The notes: generated by a model not told the origin, from the letters alone. Positions 48,277-59,525 are shown, numbered from the stretch's first letter. The stretch is 64,000 nt of DNA from an uncultured delta proteobacterium (GCA_963793865.1 CAWCBP010000011.1:1-64000), one strand, 5' to 3'. Program-made: numbers and translations.

Positions 48277-48292
48277 AGCATTTTTCATACCA
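48277..48292 (-). promoter_or_regulatory. Putative sigma54 (-24/-12) promoter of the Cys-rich gene
   Basis: TGGTATGAAAAATGCT = GG-N10-GC, 48 bp upstream of ATG. Confidence 0.5.
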
Positions 48293-48636
48293 TCCGCAGA
48301 TTGCTGTTTTTTGTGCACCGCTTTGTTTCCCGGGAATGCTTTAATTGACAACGGAATGAATCTCACAAATATAATCTTTGATAATCTTTTATGTGAATGT
48401 GTTGCTGCCGGTACATTAGAAAAATGTAGACTGCTTGCGTATCAAATTTTATACGATTGAAAAGAAACGGTAACAGGACCCGGTTGAGTTTTGGGCCGGG
48501 CAATCATGACATGTGCGAATGTCGGGTGGTGAAAGAAGCGAGGGATAAGCCGGGATCATCTCCCGGAAAGCGGTGTGCCCCTTGATGGGCATATGGGGAT
48601 TGATGCGGGTAAGTCAGGTGCAACACCCGGAAATCT

Positions 48637-49863
48637 TTAGTGCACCAGCTCCGACAGGGGGACAAAAGTAACACCCTGCTGCCTGAGCAGGGGAAGGTAT
48701 TTTTTGAGGGCGCTGATGGTGTGGGGATGGGGGTGGCCGATGACCACCAGGCTGCCCCCCTTTTTTTTGGCGAGAGGCAGAATTTTTCGCAGCTGCATTT
48801 CTATGGACCCCTGGTCCCGGCTGTTATCGAGGAACAGATCGCGCTGCGCTGCCTTGAGCATCATCTTCCCGGCAAGACTGTAAGCAACGGTCTTCCTGCT
48901 GGTGCGGCTGTCCAGAAAGTAGAGACCTTTTTCTTCCAGGGCCTCCAGCAGCCAGGACATTTTTTCGCTGTCCTCGGTGAACTTTGAGCCCATGTGGCTG
49001 CTTACCCCGCTGAGATGGGGCACCGCCCCGAGGTTTCTTTCAATCTGCTCCAGCAGGTGCGGCCGGTCCATGTTCGTCAGCAGCGTTCCGCGGTTGATTG
49101 CGTGGTTTCCGCTGTTCCAGGGTTCGAGCGGAAGATGGAGAATGATTTCCCCGCTGCCATTTGCGTGGATTTCGTCGGCAATTTTTACGGAGTGGGTGCG
49201 AAAGGGGAGTATGGCATAGGTGATCGACACCTCCAGCCCCTCAAGCTCTTTAAAGACGCGGTAGTTTTCCCCCAGGTCATCAATAACCAGCGCGACACGG
49301 CACGCCGGTTCCTGCAGTTTCGGGGCTTGCGGTGGAAGCGGGGGAGGCGCCTGATGGAACACAAGCCGGTGGGTTACATGGTCCCCGACACGGATGGTGA
49401 TGCTTAAGCAGGTGTCACTGTCGTACGCCGCGTCCGCCCTGAGTCCTTCCGGCGCAAACAGCTCGCGCGATCCGGCGCTGACGTGCTCAACCTGGTGAAG
49501 ACTTATTTCCGGAGGAAGGGTGACGGTGATGACACTTTCATTCCATGTCAATTCACCGTCCTTCCTGGGCAACTGTTCAAGGGTGATCTGTTCCCCGCCG
49601 AGCGAGAGCGAAGAGATGATGCGGGAGGCCATCCCATCCGCGGCCTGCATTTTCTCCCGAATCGATTGCCCGGCCGGCTGAGAGGGGAGGGGAGGCAGCG
49701 GCCGGTGCGTCCTCTCGCGCAACAGGTAAAGCGCCGCGAGCAGGACCAGGGCGCCGAGAACGCCCATGACAAGTGCCAGCCGGGTGGCTGAGCTTCCTGC
49801 CTGCCTCTGCCGGGAGCTGAGCGCGCATCCGGGCAAATCTCTTTTCAGCCTCTGCCGGATCAT
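48637..49863 (-). CDS. Divergent polysaccharide deacetylase (YibQ family)
   Basis: LVIDDLG, LHLPLEP, SHMGSKFT, FLDSRT, IGHPH. Confidence 0.9.
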   Translation of the reverse strand: MIRQRLKRDLPGCALSSRQRQAGSSATRLALVMGVLGALVLLAALYLLRERTHRPLPPLPSQPAGQSIREKMQAADGMASRIISSLSLGGEQITLEQLPRKDGELTWNESVITVTLPPEISLHQVEHVSAGSRELFAPEGLRADAAYDSDTCLSITIRVGDHVTHRLVFHQAPPPLPPQAPKLQEPACRVALVIDDLGENYRVFKELEGLEVSITYAILPFRTHSVKIADEIHANGSGEIILHLPLEPWNSGNHAINRGTLLTNMDRPHLLEQIERNLGAVPHLSGVSSHMGSKFTEDSEKMSWLLEALEEKGLYFLDSRTSRKTVAYSLAGKMMLKAAQRDLFLDNSRDQGSIEMQLRKILPLAKKKGGSLVVIGHPHPHTISALKKYLPLLRQQGVTFVPLSELVH

Positions 49864-51248
49864 GAACGGTCTTTGGCCGGCGGGATTTGCGTGCCCATCT
49901 TTTTAAAGATGTTCCAGCTCTTGAGCAGCTGGGTGGCCCGCGTAAGCTGCGGGTCCTCTTCGTCCCCCGCTTTTTCTTCCTCCTCCTGTTCCGGCACCTG
50001 CTCCTCGTCCTGTTTTTGCTCCTGCTCCTGCTTCTTTGTCTCAGGGGCAGCGGTCTCTTCCGGTTTCCCGTCAGGTCCAAAATGACCCTTGAGATCCTTT
50101 TCCTTGATGACCGGCATTTCCTTTCTCTCCCCCGTTGCCGGAGGAGCAGCTTTATCTTTCACGATAACGTCCGGCACAATGCCGGTGGCCTGGATCGATC
50201 TGCCGTTCGGCGTATAGTACAGGGCGGTTGTCAGCCGCAGGCCCGATCCGTCATCGAGGGGGATTATGGTTTGAACTGAAGCCTTGCCGAAGGTTGTGGT
50301 TCCCAGGACGACCGCCCGGTTCCGGTCCTGGAGTGCGCCTGCCACGATTTCCGAACCGCTGGCGCTTCCCGCGTTGACCAGCACGATGATGGGGTAATCC
50401 CGTTTCTCGTCATCGGGATGGGCGGTAAATCGCATGTCCTGTCCGGAGAGCCTCCCCTGGGTGTAGACGATGAGACCGTCCTCAAGGAATTCATCACAAA
50501 CGGTGACCGCCTGGTCCAGGAGTCCGCCGGGATTGTTGCGCAGGTCAATCACCAGCCCCTCAATCGGCTTTTGGCTTCCCTCCAGGTCTTCAAGCGCCCT
50601 GGAAAACTCTTCGCCGGTGTTTTCCTGGAACTGGCTCAGCCTGATGTAGCCGATGGTGTCTTCCTCCAATCGCTTGTACTTGACGCTTTTTATGCGGATG
50701 GTTTCCCGGGTGAGTTTAAAATCCCTGGGCTCGAAGAAGCCTTCCCTGATGATGGTGATGGTGACAGTGGTCCCGGCCGGGCCCCTCATTTTTTTCACCG
50801 CGTCAATCAGGGTCATGTTTTCGGTCGTCTCCCCGTCGATGCTCAGGATTTTGTCCTCGGCCTTCAGCCCCGCCCGGTAAGCGGGCGTGTCTTCAATGGG
50901 GGAGACGATGGTCAGGATGTTCTTTTTCATGGAAATCTCAATGCCGATGCCGCCGAAGCTCCCCTTGGTTTCAACCTGGAGCTCCTTGTACATGTCCGGC
51001 ATCATGAAGGAGGAGTGGGGGTCGAGGGTGCGCAGCATGCCGTTGATGGCGCCGTAGATGAGGTCCTCCGGCTTGGTTTCCTCGACGTAGTTTTTCTGGA
51101 TGATGCTGAGCACGTCGGAAAACACCTTCAGCTTTTTATACATCTCGTCGGTTTGCGCCCTCAGGGTGCCGCCCTGGGCTATGATAAACACCAGCGCCGC
51201 GGCAACGGCGGCAATGAAAAAGATTCCTTTCGATCTGTTTCTGTACAT
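49860..51248 (-). CDS. ctpA: Carboxyl-terminal processing protease S41
   Basis: LDPHS, PDZ GGIGI, DLRNNPGGLL, SASGSEI, FGKASVQ. Confidence 0.93.
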   Translation of the reverse strand: MYRNRSKGIFFIAAVAAALVFIIAQGGTLRAQTDEMYKKLKVFSDVLSIIQKNYVEETKPEDLIYGAINGMLRTLDPHSSFMMPDMYKELQVETKGSFGGIGIEISMKKNILTIVSPIEDTPAYRAGLKAEDKILSIDGETTENMTLIDAVKKMRGPAGTTVTITIIREGFFEPRDFKLTRETIRIKSVKYKRLEEDTIGYIRLSQFQENTGEEFSRALEDLEGSQKPIEGLVIDLRNNPGGLLDQAVTVCDEFLEDGLIVYTQGRLSGQDMRFTAHPDDEKRDYPIIVLVNAGSASGSEIVAGALQDRNRAVVLGTTTFGKASVQTIIPLDDGSGLRLTTALYYTPNGRSIQATGIVPDVIVKDKAAPPATGERKEMPVIKEKDLKGHFGPDGKPEETAAPETKKQEQEQKQDEEQVPEQEEEEKAGDEEDPQLTRATQLLKSWNIFKKMGTQIPPAKDRS

Positions 51249-51317
51249 ATGTTCCTCCTCCGGCGGGTTAGATGGTTCCTCGCTTATCATGTTCAATGCT
51301 CAGTCAACGCGTGTCCG

Positions 51318-52529
51318 TTAGCGGATTTTCAGCCACTGCGCGGGATCGAGCGGCTTGCCGTGATGCCTCAGCTCAAAATAGAGGCAGGTGCCCTTGAGCG
51401 ACCCGGTATCCCCGGCAAGGGCAATGACCTCGCCGGCTTCCACCCCCTCACCGACTTTTTTCAGCATCTCCGAGAGATGGGCGGAAAGGCTGTAGTAGCC
51501 TTCGCCGTGGTCGACGATAATCATGTTCCCATAGCCCTTGAACCAGTCGGCATAGAGAACCTTGCCGTTATGGATTGTCCTGACCGATTCCCCCTGCCGG
51601 GCCGCTATCTCAATCCCTTTCTGGAAGAATACCGTGTTCAGCTCGGGATCGGTCCGGTTGCCGAAAGCACTGATGATCCTTCCGGAGACCGGAAGGGGAA
51701 GGCTTCCCTTGAGGACCGCAAATCCCTTGCCGGCAGGGGGAATATACTCTTCCTTCTTCTCCTCCCGGCGCTTTTCAAGGCCGTCGATGAATGTCTGCAG
51801 CTGCCGGGAGGCCTGTTCCAGCTCCCGCACCGCCGCCAGGTGAAGCTCCTTTTCAGAGCGTATGGTCTGCAGGAGCGCCGCTTTATCCTGCTTCTGCATG
51901 CTGACCTGCGATTCCGTCTCAAGCGCGTGAGATCGTGTCTCTTGGAGGGTCTCCCGGTTTTCCATGAGAGCGCCCTTTTTCCGGGCTTTGAGCTCGCGGG
52001 TTTCATTCATGCGGCTGATCATTTCGCGGTCCCGCTCCAGGACCAGCAGCAGGTACTTGACCTTCCGCGACAGATCGGCGGGGGACTGTGAGGAAAACGC
52101 GGTGCGAACGATGCCCCCTTTGCGGTTGAATTTATAAAGGGCGACAAGCCGCGATTGCAGCCCCTTTTCCTGTTCCGCCAGCTGCTGATCTATTTTTTTG
52201 AGCTGGCTGTCCAGGCTGAGCGCCTCGGTGGTGAGATGTTCCAGCCTGCTGTTGAGCCGGCTCACCTGGTTTTGATTTTCCGAAAGCTTTTTATCAATCT
52301 CGTCGAGCTGGCTGATGGTCGCCTGCTCCTGCTTCTCCGCCCGGATCAGTTCTTCCTTCTTTTGCTTAAGCTGCTGTTCAATGTCGGTTAATGTTTTTTT
52401 CTTCCTGGCAACTTCTTCGTCGCTGCCGCGCTGCCTTTGCTGGGCCTCTGCCTGCATCGGGGCAAGCACCACAAGGGCCGCTGCCAGACATATCGGAAAA
52501 ATGAGTTTGCGGGGTTTGATCACCTCCAC
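51318..52529 (-). CDS. envC: Murein hydrolase activator (coiled coil + M23)
   Basis: Signal peptide, long coiled coil, GYGNMIIVDHG, LYFELR. Confidence 0.9.
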   Translation of the reverse strand: MEVIKPRKLIFPICLAAALVVLAPMQAEAQQRQRGSDEEVARKKKTLTDIEQQLKQKKEELIRAEKQEQATISQLDEIDKKLSENQNQVSRLNSRLEHLTTEALSLDSQLKKIDQQLAEQEKGLQSRLVALYKFNRKGGIVRTAFSSQSPADLSRKVKYLLLVLERDREMISRMNETRELKARKKGALMENRETLQETRSHALETESQVSMQKQDKAALLQTIRSEKELHLAAVRELEQASRQLQTFIDGLEKRREEKKEEYIPPAGKGFAVLKGSLPLPVSGRIISAFGNRTDPELNTVFFQKGIEIAARQGESVRTIHNGKVLYADWFKGYGNMIIVDHGEGYYSLSAHLSEMLKKVGEGVEAGEVIALAGDTGSLKGTCLYFELRHHGKPLDPAQWLKIR

Positions 52530-52549
52530 GGTCTCCTGAACAGGACAAG

Positions 52550-53446
52550 CTAAACCCTGAGAAAGCGGCCCATGGAAAAAGCGCAGCCGAAGATCCCCAG
52601 CGCGATGCCGAGCAGTACCAGCGCTCCCATGAGACTGTATGGCAGAAAGGTGAGCTGCATCGGTCCGAGAAAGAGGCTGTAGTCATTAACCAGCTTGTGC
52701 ACAAGCGCCTTGTATCCCGCGTAGAGCATCCCAAGCGACAGCAGCGATGCCAGCAGGCCCTGGGCGATGCCTTCCAGGAAAAAGGGAATGCGGATGGAAA
52801 GGTTGGTCGCGCCCACCAGCTTCATGATTTCTATTTCCTCCCGCCTGCTGTAGATGGTCAGCCTGATGGTGTTGGATATGATGAATACCGTGGCCAGCAG
52901 CAGGAAGCTGCCGATGCTCAGGCCCACCAGTTTCAGCATGCTGATAAACGCCGAAAACCGCTGCAGCCATTCCTGGCCGTAATCCACCTCGGCCGAGGCG
53001 GCGATCTTTTTAACCCCGCCGATGAACGCCTGCAGGTCTTCGGGATTGGTGTGCTCTTCCTTCAGCTCAATTTCAAATGAGGGCGGCAGGGGGTTTTCGC
53101 GCAGGTCGTCAAGCAGCCCTGCCTGTGTCTTGAGACCCTCCTTGAGCCGGGCCAGCGCCTCTTCCTTTGAAACAAGGGTAACCTTTTTGGCCTGAGGAAG
53201 CCCGGCGATGCCTTCGCCTGCCCGGGTTATGTCCTGCGCGCTGCTTGCCCGGTCCAGGTAGACGACGACCTGCATGTCTTTGCCCAGTTCGTTGAATGTC
53301 CGGTCCAGGTTGATGACCGTAATCATGAAGATGCCCAGGGTCAAAAGCGCGAAGGCTATGGTTCCCGCGGCGATGAGGTGGATGAAAAGATTATTCCTGA
53401 TGCCCTGAATTGCTTCCCTGAGGAAAAAAGGAACTTTCGAAAACAT
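52550..53446 (-). CDS. ftsX: Cell division permease
   Basis: NPLPPSF, ISNTIRLTIYSRREEIEIMKLVGAT. Confidence 0.93.
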   Translation of the reverse strand: MFSKVPFFLREAIQGIRNNLFIHLIAAGTIAFALLTLGIFMITVINLDRTFNELGKDMQVVVYLDRASSAQDITRAGEGIAGLPQAKKVTLVSKEEALARLKEGLKTQAGLLDDLRENPLPPSFEIELKEEHTNPEDLQAFIGGVKKIAASAEVDYGQEWLQRFSAFISMLKLVGLSIGSFLLLATVFIISNTIRLTIYSRREEIEIMKLVGATNLSIRIPFFLEGIAQGLLASLLSLGMLYAGYKALVHKLVNDYSLFLGPMQLTFLPYSLMGALVLLGIALGIFGCAFSMGRFLRV

Positions 53447-53457
53447 GATGGCTACCG

Positions 53458-54117
53458 TCAGTCCTGGCCGGCAATGCGACCCTGCTCTATGATGATGTGC
53501 CTGGTGGCGTACTGCCGGGCAAGCACCATGTTATGCGACGCGATGACGATGGTGGTTCCCCGCTGATTGATGGCCTTGAGAAGCTCCATGATGTCCTGCG
53601 TAATCTGAGCGTCGAGATTCCCCGTCGGCTCATCCGCCAGCAGGATAATGGGATCGTTCACGATCGCCCGCGCTATGGCGATGCGCTGCTGCTCGCCGCC
53701 TGACAGCTCAAGGGGCCTGGAATCCAGACGGTTCTGCAGCCCCACCAGCTTCAGCACCTGCCACGCCTTCCGCTTGATCTCCCGGGGCCGGGTCCCGGTG
53801 ACCTCCAGGGCAAAGACCACGTTTTCGTAGGCAGTCCTGCTGAGCAGCAGCTTGAAATCCTGGAACACAACCCCTATGCTTCTTCTTAAGGGCGGGATGC
53901 CCGACGTGCGCAGTTTGGCGAAGTTGACGCCGTTGACGATGATCTGCCCCGAGGTGGCGTGCTCGGCGCAGAAAATGAGCTTGATGAGGGTGGTCTTGCC
54001 GGCCCCGCTGGGCCCGGTGATAAAGGTGAACTCGCCCTTTTTAATGTGCAGGTTGATATCGGAGAGCGCCTTGCGGTTGCCCGGGTAGACCTTGTGAACA
54101 TTAAACATCTGGATCAT
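53458..54117 (-). CDS. ftsE: Cell division ATP-binding protein
   Basis: [32 protein letters not shown]; adjacent to ftsX. Confidence 0.95.
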   Translation of the reverse strand: MIQMFNVHKVYPGNRKALSDINLHIKKGEFTFITGPSGAGKTTLIKLIFCAEHATSGQIIVNGVNFAKLRTSGIPPLRRSIGVVFQDFKLLLSRTAYENVVFALEVTGTRPREIKRKAWQVLKLVGLQNRLDSRPLELSGGEQQRIAIARAIVNDPIILLADEPTGNLDAQITQDIMELLKAINQRGTTIVIASHNMVLARQYATRHIIIEQGRIAGQD

Positions 54118-54146
54118 AGCTATCCTGCCGGAGAGAAGAAGGGGGC

Positions 54147-55115
54147 TTATTTCTGGCGCAGGACGTCTTTCACGGCTGATATGATGTGGCTGGGATTCAG
54201 GCGGCAGTGTTCCAAAAGCTCAGCGGGGCGTCCCGAGGTGCCGGGCCTGTCCTGTACCCCTATCCGTCTCATTGGTGTCGGGCGGTGTTCAGACAGCACC
54301 TCGGCAACGGCACTTCCCAAACCTCCGATGACCGAGTGCTCTTCAGCGGTGACCACCGCGCCTGTTTCACCGGCTGCCTGAATTATCAGCTCCTGGTCAA
54401 TGGGCTTGATGGTGGAGATGTTGATTACCCGGGCCGAAATGCGTTCTCCCTCAAGCTGCCCGGCCGCTTTCAACGCCTGGGAAACCATGTAGCCTGCGGC
54501 AAAGATGGTGACATCGCCTCCCGCCTTCATCACCGTTCCCCTGCCCACGACAAACTCGTAGCCGGCATCGAAGAGCACGGGGAAGTCCATGCGCGACAGC
54601 CGCACGTATGCCGGGCCGCGGTGATTGACCAGCGTCCGCAGCGCCTTCTCCGTTTCGATGCCGTCAGCGGGGACGATGACCGTCATGTTGGGCAGAATCC
54701 TCATCAGGCCGATGTCTTCAAGGCACTGATGGGAGGCGCCGTCCTCGCCGACGGTGATGCCGGCGTGGGTGGCGACGATTTTTACATTGAGGTTGGGATT
54801 GGCCACGGACTGCCGTATCTGCTCCCAGGGCTTGCCGACGGCGAAGATGGCGAAGGTGCTGGCAAAGGGGATCTTGCCGATCGTTGCCAGGCCCGCCGCC
54901 GTCCCGATCATGTCCGCCTCGGCGATGCCCATGTTGAAAAAGCGGTGGGGGAACTTTTTGTGGAAGGCCTCGGTCTTGGTGGAACCGGAGAGGTCGGCGT
55001 TCAGCACCACGATCGATTCGTAACGCTCCCCCAAATCCACCAGGACGTCGCCGTACACATTCCGCGTTGCCAGCATGGCGGTCACCGGCTTGCCTTTTTC
55101 AGCCTCTGCTCTCAT
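54147..55115 (-). CDS. Transketolase C-terminal subunit
   Basis: ADLSGST, GIAEADM, GEDGASHQ, EEHSVIGGLG. Confidence 0.92.
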   Translation of the reverse strand: MRAEAEKGKPVTAMLATRNVYGDVLVDLGERYESIVVLNADLSGSTKTEAFHKKFPHRFFNMGIAEADMIGTAAGLATIGKIPFASTFAIFAVGKPWEQIRQSVANPNLNVKIVATHAGITVGEDGASHQCLEDIGLMRILPNMTVIVPADGIETEKALRTLVNHRGPAYVRLSRMDFPVLFDAGYEFVVGRGTVMKAGGDVTIFAAGYMVSQALKAAGQLEGERISARVINISTIKPIDQELIIQAAGETGAVVTAEEHSVIGGLGSAVAEVLSEHRPTPMRRIGVQDRPGTSGRPAELLEHCRLNPSHIISAVKDVLRQK

Positions 55116-55930
55116 AGCTCCTTGAGCGCCCTTTCCAGTTCATCGTCTGACGGCGAGATCCCATGATACTTGAGCTTGTTTTCAAAGAAGGAAACGCCTT
55201 TTCCTTTTACGGTGGCGCAAATAATGATGGAGGGCTTCCCCTTGATCTTTTCAGCCGTGTCCAGCGCGTCGAGAAGGGATTCGATGGAATGGCCGTCCGC
55301 CTCGAGCACGTGCCAGCCGAATGCGCGCCATTTGTCGGCAATGGGCTCGATGTTCATGATTTCCCGCACCGGCCCGTCGATCTGCAGGCCGTTGTGGTCG
55401 AGCAATGCGCAGAGGTTGTCAATCTTGTAATGCGCGGCGGTCATGGCCGCCTCCCAGATCTGGCCCTCCTGCACCTCCCCGTCGCCGAGCAGCACATACA
55501 CCCGCGCGGTTTTCCTGTCCAGCTTGAGCCCCAGCGCCATCCCGTTGGCAATGGACAGGCCCTGGCCGAGCGATCCGGTCGAGACTTCCACGCCCGGTGT
55601 GGAGTTCATGTCCGGGTGTCCCTGGAGCATGCATCCCAGCTTACGCAGCGACTTGAGCTCCTCCCGGTCAAAGTATCCGCACTGTGCCAGTGTCGCGTAG
55701 AGCACCGGCGCGCCATGGCCCTTGGAGAGGACGAAGCGGTCCCTCTCCTCCCATCGCGGATTCGAGGGATTGTGCTTCATCTTGGAACAATAGAGCGCGG
55801 TCAGTATATCGGCGGCTGACAGGGAGCCGCCGGTGTGGCCCGACCCTGCGCGGTTGAGCATGTCGAGTATGTCGATTCGTATCTGCCGCGCTTTATCATT
55901 CAAAGCCGCGCATTCTTCGGAGCTGATCAT
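55112..55930 (-). CDS. Transketolase N-terminal subunit
   Basis: SGHTGGSLS, LSKGH, TGSLGQG, GDGE. Confidence 0.92.
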   Translation of the reverse strand: MISSEECAALNDKARQIRIDILDMLNRAGSGHTGGSLSAADILTALYCSKMKHNPSNPRWEERDRFVLSKGHGAPVLYATLAQCGYFDREELKSLRKLGCMLQGHPDMNSTPGVEVSTGSLGQGLSIANGMALGLKLDRKTARVYVLLGDGEVQEGQIWEAAMTAAHYKIDNLCALLDHNGLQIDGPVREIMNIEPIADKWRAFGWHVLEADGHSIESLLDALDTAEKIKGKPSIIICATVKGKGVSFFENKLKYHGISPSDDELERALKEL

Positions 55931-56155
55931 TGTCACCTCAGCGGTTGAATACCCGCTGCTTAAAGAACATTGTTGCACTCATATCCGGATGCAGCTGTCA
56001 CCCAACAAATTGCGCTATCCTTATACCAAAAAGAAAGGAGATGTAAAGCACTTTTCTCCGCGGGTAAATTGCTTGTTAATCATGCTTCTTACCTGTCCTT
56101 GAGTTTTGCGTTAACTCAGTGATTCTTTTTCCCGCCCTGTGATTCTTATCAACCT

Positions 56156-56183
56156 GTAGGGGCGACCGGCCGGTCGCCCCTAC
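56156..56183. repeat. GTAG-type REP palindrome
   Basis: Perfect 28-bp palindrome gtaggggcgaccggccggtcgcccctac. Confidence 0.8.
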
Positions 56184-56291
56184 GTATTTTCGGGTTAAAC
56201 CCCTATGCCCCGCGGGGCACTACGAAACGGACCTCCTTTTCGATTCACAACAAGATACACGTAAGCAAGGGATTGGAATGGCACGAGACGT

Positions 56292-56945
56292 TCAGGCGCA
56301 GGTAACGAGAAAAGGCTGAAGGTGCTGCATGCTGATGGCGCCTTCGCGGACGATGCGGGGCGGGGAAGCGGTCAGATCTACAATGGTTGACGGCAATCCT
56401 CCCGGGGCGGGGCCTCCGTCAATGATCATGTCAACTCTGTCGCCCAGCTGGTGATCAACCGCTTCCGCGGAATCACAGCTTGCACCTCCCGAGAGATTGG
56501 CGCTGGTGGCGGTGATGGGCAGCTGTGCCTCTTTGACCAGCAGGCGGGCCAGGGGATGGGAGGAGTCCCGCACCGCCACCGTGCCGGTAGAGGCGGTCAG
56601 CAGCGGTGGAATTTTCCCCGATGCCTTGAAAATGAGGGTTAAGGGACCGGGCCAGAACGTGCGTATCAGGGAGCGGGCGCATTCAGGAATCTGCACGGCG
56701 ATTTCCTCCAGCATGGATTCGCCGTGAATGATGAGGGGGAGGGGTTTATCAAACATTCTCCCCTTGATGGCAAATACCCTTTGTAGCGCCGGCTCGTGGT
56801 AGGCGGAAACGCCGAGGGCATAGAACGTCTCGGTCGGGAAGGCGACCGTTTTTCCCTCCTGCAGGCAGGCAGCGGCCCGTCTCAGCGTCTGCGAATCAGG
56901 GCTGCGCGGGTCCAGTTGTACGATGTGAGACATCCCCGGTTTCAC
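56292..56945 (-). CDS. tsaC: L-threonylcarbamoyladenylate synthase (Sua5/YrdC)
   Basis: [26 protein letters not shown]. Confidence 0.92.
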   Translation of the reverse strand: MKPGMSHIVQLDPRSPDSQTLRRAAACLQEGKTVAFPTETFYALGVSAYHEPALQRVFAIKGRMFDKPLPLIIHGESMLEEIAVQIPECARSLIRTFWPGPLTLIFKASGKIPPLLTASTGTVAVRDSSHPLARLLVKEAQLPITATSANLSGGASCDSAEAVDHQLGDRVDMIIDGGPAPGGLPSTIVDLTASPPRIVREGAISMQHLQPFLVTCA

Positions 56946-57454
56946 CTGGCTTTTTTTAGATTTTTTGCCAGCTGTCTGGCCTTGCGGGAAACATCAGCGG
57001 CCAGCCTTTTTTTGTGCAGCGTGAGCTTCTTTTTAAGGGTGGGTTGCTTGAGGGAGAGTATTTGAATGGCGAAGATAGCCGCGTTCTTTGCCCCTGCCTT
57101 GCCGATGGCCATGGTGGCAACGGGTATGCCGCCGGGCATCTGCACGGTTGAAAGGAGCGAGTCAAGCCCTTTCAGCGCGGAAGAATCAATGGGGACCCCA
57201 AGGACCGGCAGGGTGGTCTTGGAGGCAATGACGCCGGCCAGGTGCGCCGCGGCGCCGGCCCCGGCTATGATCACCTCGATGCCTTTCCTGTGGGCGTTTT
57301 TTGCAAGCGCCTCCGTCAGTTCGGGGGAGCGGTGGGCGGAGGCGATGCACATTTCATACGGCACGCCGAACTCATCGAGAATTTTTGCCGCTTCCTGCAT
57401 GATGGGCAGGTCTGAATCGCTGCCCATGACAATCGCGATCTGTGGCCTGGTCAT
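56942..57454 (-). CDS. purE: N5-CAIR mutase
   Basis: [29 protein letters not shown]. Confidence 0.96.
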   Translation of the reverse strand: MTRPQIAIVMGSDSDLPIMQEAAKILDEFGVPYEMCIASAHRSPELTEALAKNAHRKGIEVIIAGAGAAAHLAGVIASKTTLPVLGVPIDSSALKGLDSLLSTVQMPGGIPVATMAIGKAGAKNAAIFAIQILSLKQPTLKKKLTLHKKRLAADVSRKARQLAKNLKKAR

Positions 57455-58239
57455 CTGGCTCCTCCCGGTAATAATTTTTGCTCGGCATCGCGCAGGCATT
57501 TCTGCGCTTCAGGATAGCCGGGTTTGATCTCCAGGGCCCTGCTGAAATAGGCCTGTGCCTCTTGAAACCATCCGCCCCGGAGGCAGTTTTTTCCGGCGGC
57601 GAGGTATGCCTGCTCCGGGTGCTCCGGATAGAGGGCGTCGATTATTTTCTGCAGGCTGTTCCTGCCCAGGGCCTTCTCAACCAGCTCGCTCTCTTCGAGG
57701 AGGCAGCGTATCAGCAGCCCGTTGTGGGTATGGATGGCCAGGAGTTCCCGAAGCTGTTCCGACGCCCTGGCAAACAGCTCATGCATACTTTTTATCCCGG
57801 CGCCCAGATTCCTGGCGGCTTTTTCAATGACGGTGGCAATGGTAACATATTCCGACAGGACTTCCTGAATGTCTTCTTTGCTGTCGGATGTTTGAATCCC
57901 TTCCGTTCTGGGCTGGTAGCTCTCAAGCTGGTAGGCGTCTTCTTTAAGTTTTATTCCTTCATGGAAAATGGATCCCACCGTCCAGTCAAACAGATACTCG
58001 CTCAGGGTGAGCTGGGCGTCCGAATCCCTGAAAAGCAAATGGCAGCTGTCCTTGAGGTTCCAGAGAGGCCCTTTTCTTGTCTCTGTCCCTATCCAGTATT
58101 GCATGCGTTCAAAGGGGACTGTTTTGTGTTTGCGATAGTGCCCGTAAAGCTCATCAAAAAAGACTTTTGCCTCCAGGAAGTTGTACACCAGGTCCCTGAA
58201 AAACAGATTCCTTCTTTCTTCAAACCAGCGGTTGGTCAT
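57451..58239 (-). CDS. Conserved hypothetical protein with C-terminal TPR
   Basis: Coupled to purD/purE; GPLWNLKD…[28 protein letters not shown]-like tail. Confidence 0.75.
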   Translation of the reverse strand: MTNRWFEERRNLFFRDLVYNFLEAKVFFDELYGHYRKHKTVPFERMQYWIGTETRKGPLWNLKDSCHLLFRDSDAQLTLSEYLFDWTVGSIFHEGIKLKEDAYQLESYQPRTEGIQTSDSKEDIQEVLSEYVTIATVIEKAARNLGAGIKSMHELFARASEQLRELLAIHTHNGLLIRCLLEESELVEKALGRNSLQKIIDALYPEHPEQAYLAAGKNCLRGGWFQEAQAYFSRALEIKPGYPEAQKCLRDAEQKLLPGGAR

Positions 58240-59525
58240 ATTTTCCTTGCACCTTCTCTATTGAGTGCCTTCCGTCCGATGTCCTTCCGGTAATAAACGC
58301 CGTCCCAGCGGATGCGTGCCGCCGCGTCATAGGCACGCGCAATGGCATCTTCGATGGTGCCGCCCAGCGCGGTGACACCCAGGACCCTGCCGCCGTTTAC
58401 AACCACCCGGTTGCCATCAAGGGAAGTCCCGGCGTGGAACACCTGGACGTCCGGCAGGGATTGCGCTTCCGTAAGACCCTCTATGGCCATGCCCTTGCGG
58501 TAGCTTCCCGGGTATCCTTCTGATGCCATGACGATGCACACCGCGGGCCTTTCATCCCAGGTAACGGCTGCGCCATCGAGCGTTCCGTCGGCGATTGCAT
58601 CCAGCACCGGTATGATATCGCTTTTCATCCTCATCATGATGGGCTGCGTTTCAGGATCGCCGGAGCGTGCATTAAACTCCAGCACCCGGATGGCCTCTCC
58701 ATCAATCATCATTCCGGCGTAGAGAATGCCTTTGAAAGGGGATCCCTCTGCAGCCATTCCCTTCACCACCGGCGTCATGACCTCATCCATGATCCTGCGG
58801 GCGAGTTTTTCGGTTATGACCGGCGCGGGTGAATAGGCGCCCATCCCGCCGGTGTTGGGGCCTTTGTCGCCGTCATAGATCGCCTTGTGGTCCTGGGTTG
58901 AGGGCATGGGCAGGATGGTTTTGCCGTCAGTGAAGGCGATGAATGAAGCCTCCTCCCCCCGGAGGAAATCCTCGATGACGATGCGGCTTCCCGCTGCGCC
59001 GAACTCCTTCCGGGTCAAAATGGTGTCGATGGCTTTTTCAGCCTCCTCAAGGCTGTGCACCGGCATCACGCCTTTGCCCGCTGCCAGCCCGTCGGCTTTT
59101 ATTACCGCCGGTACGCCCCTTTTCCGGAGATGTGCCACTGCCGCCGATGGTGAGTCAAAAGACGCGTAGTCTGCGGTGGGAACACGGTATTTTTTCATCA
59201 GGTCTTTGGCGAAGAGCTTGCTGCCCTCGATCCGCGCAGCTGCCCGGTCGGGCCCGCAGATTTTCAACCCGTAGCGCTTGAACTCATCAATAATGCCCAG
59301 GGTGAGGGGCAGCTCGGGTCCCACCACGGTGAGATCGACGCTCTTTGAGAGCGCGAAGGCGGCAAGCTTTTTTATTTCATCGACCGGGACGGGCACGCAC
59401 TCGGCGAGGGACGCGATCCCCGCGTTGCCCGGCGCGGCGTAGATGTGCTTCACCTTCGGGCTCTGCGCGATCTTCCAGATGAGGGCGTGCTCTCTTCCCC
59501 CGCTACCTATTACGAGGATCTTCAT
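58236..59525 (-). CDS. purD: Phosphoribosylamine--glycine ligase
   Basis: GSGGREHA, GPE, KADGLAAGKGV, GPNTGGMGAY. Confidence 0.97.
   Translation of the reverse strand: MKILVIGSGGREHALIWKIAQSPKVKHIYAAPGNAGIASLAECVPVPVDEIKKLAAFALSKSVDLTVVGPELPLTLGIIDEFKRYGLKICGPDRAAARIEGSKLFAKDLMKKYRVPTADYASFDSPSAAVAHLRKRGVPAVIKADGLAAGKGVMPVHSLEEAEKAIDTILTRKEFGAAGSRIVIEDFLRGEEASFIAFTDGKTILPMPSTQDHKAIYDGDKGPNTGGMGAYSPAPVITEKLARRIMDEVMTPVVKGMAAEGSPFKGILYAGMMIDGEAIRVLEFNARSGDPETQPIMMRMKSDIIPVLDAIADGTLDGAAVTWDERPAVCIVMASEGYPGSYRKGMAIEGLTEAQSLPDVQVFHAGTSLDGNRVVVNGGRVLGVTALGGTIEDAIARAYDAAARIRWDGVYYRKDIGRKALNREGARKI

Noticed and set aside
50418..52091. Long antisense ORFs (557 aa here; also 19455..20528, 39166..40323, 41618..42676, 54186..55166)
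   Set aside because: Shadow frames opposite well-supported genes in GC-rich DNA, no recognisable motifs
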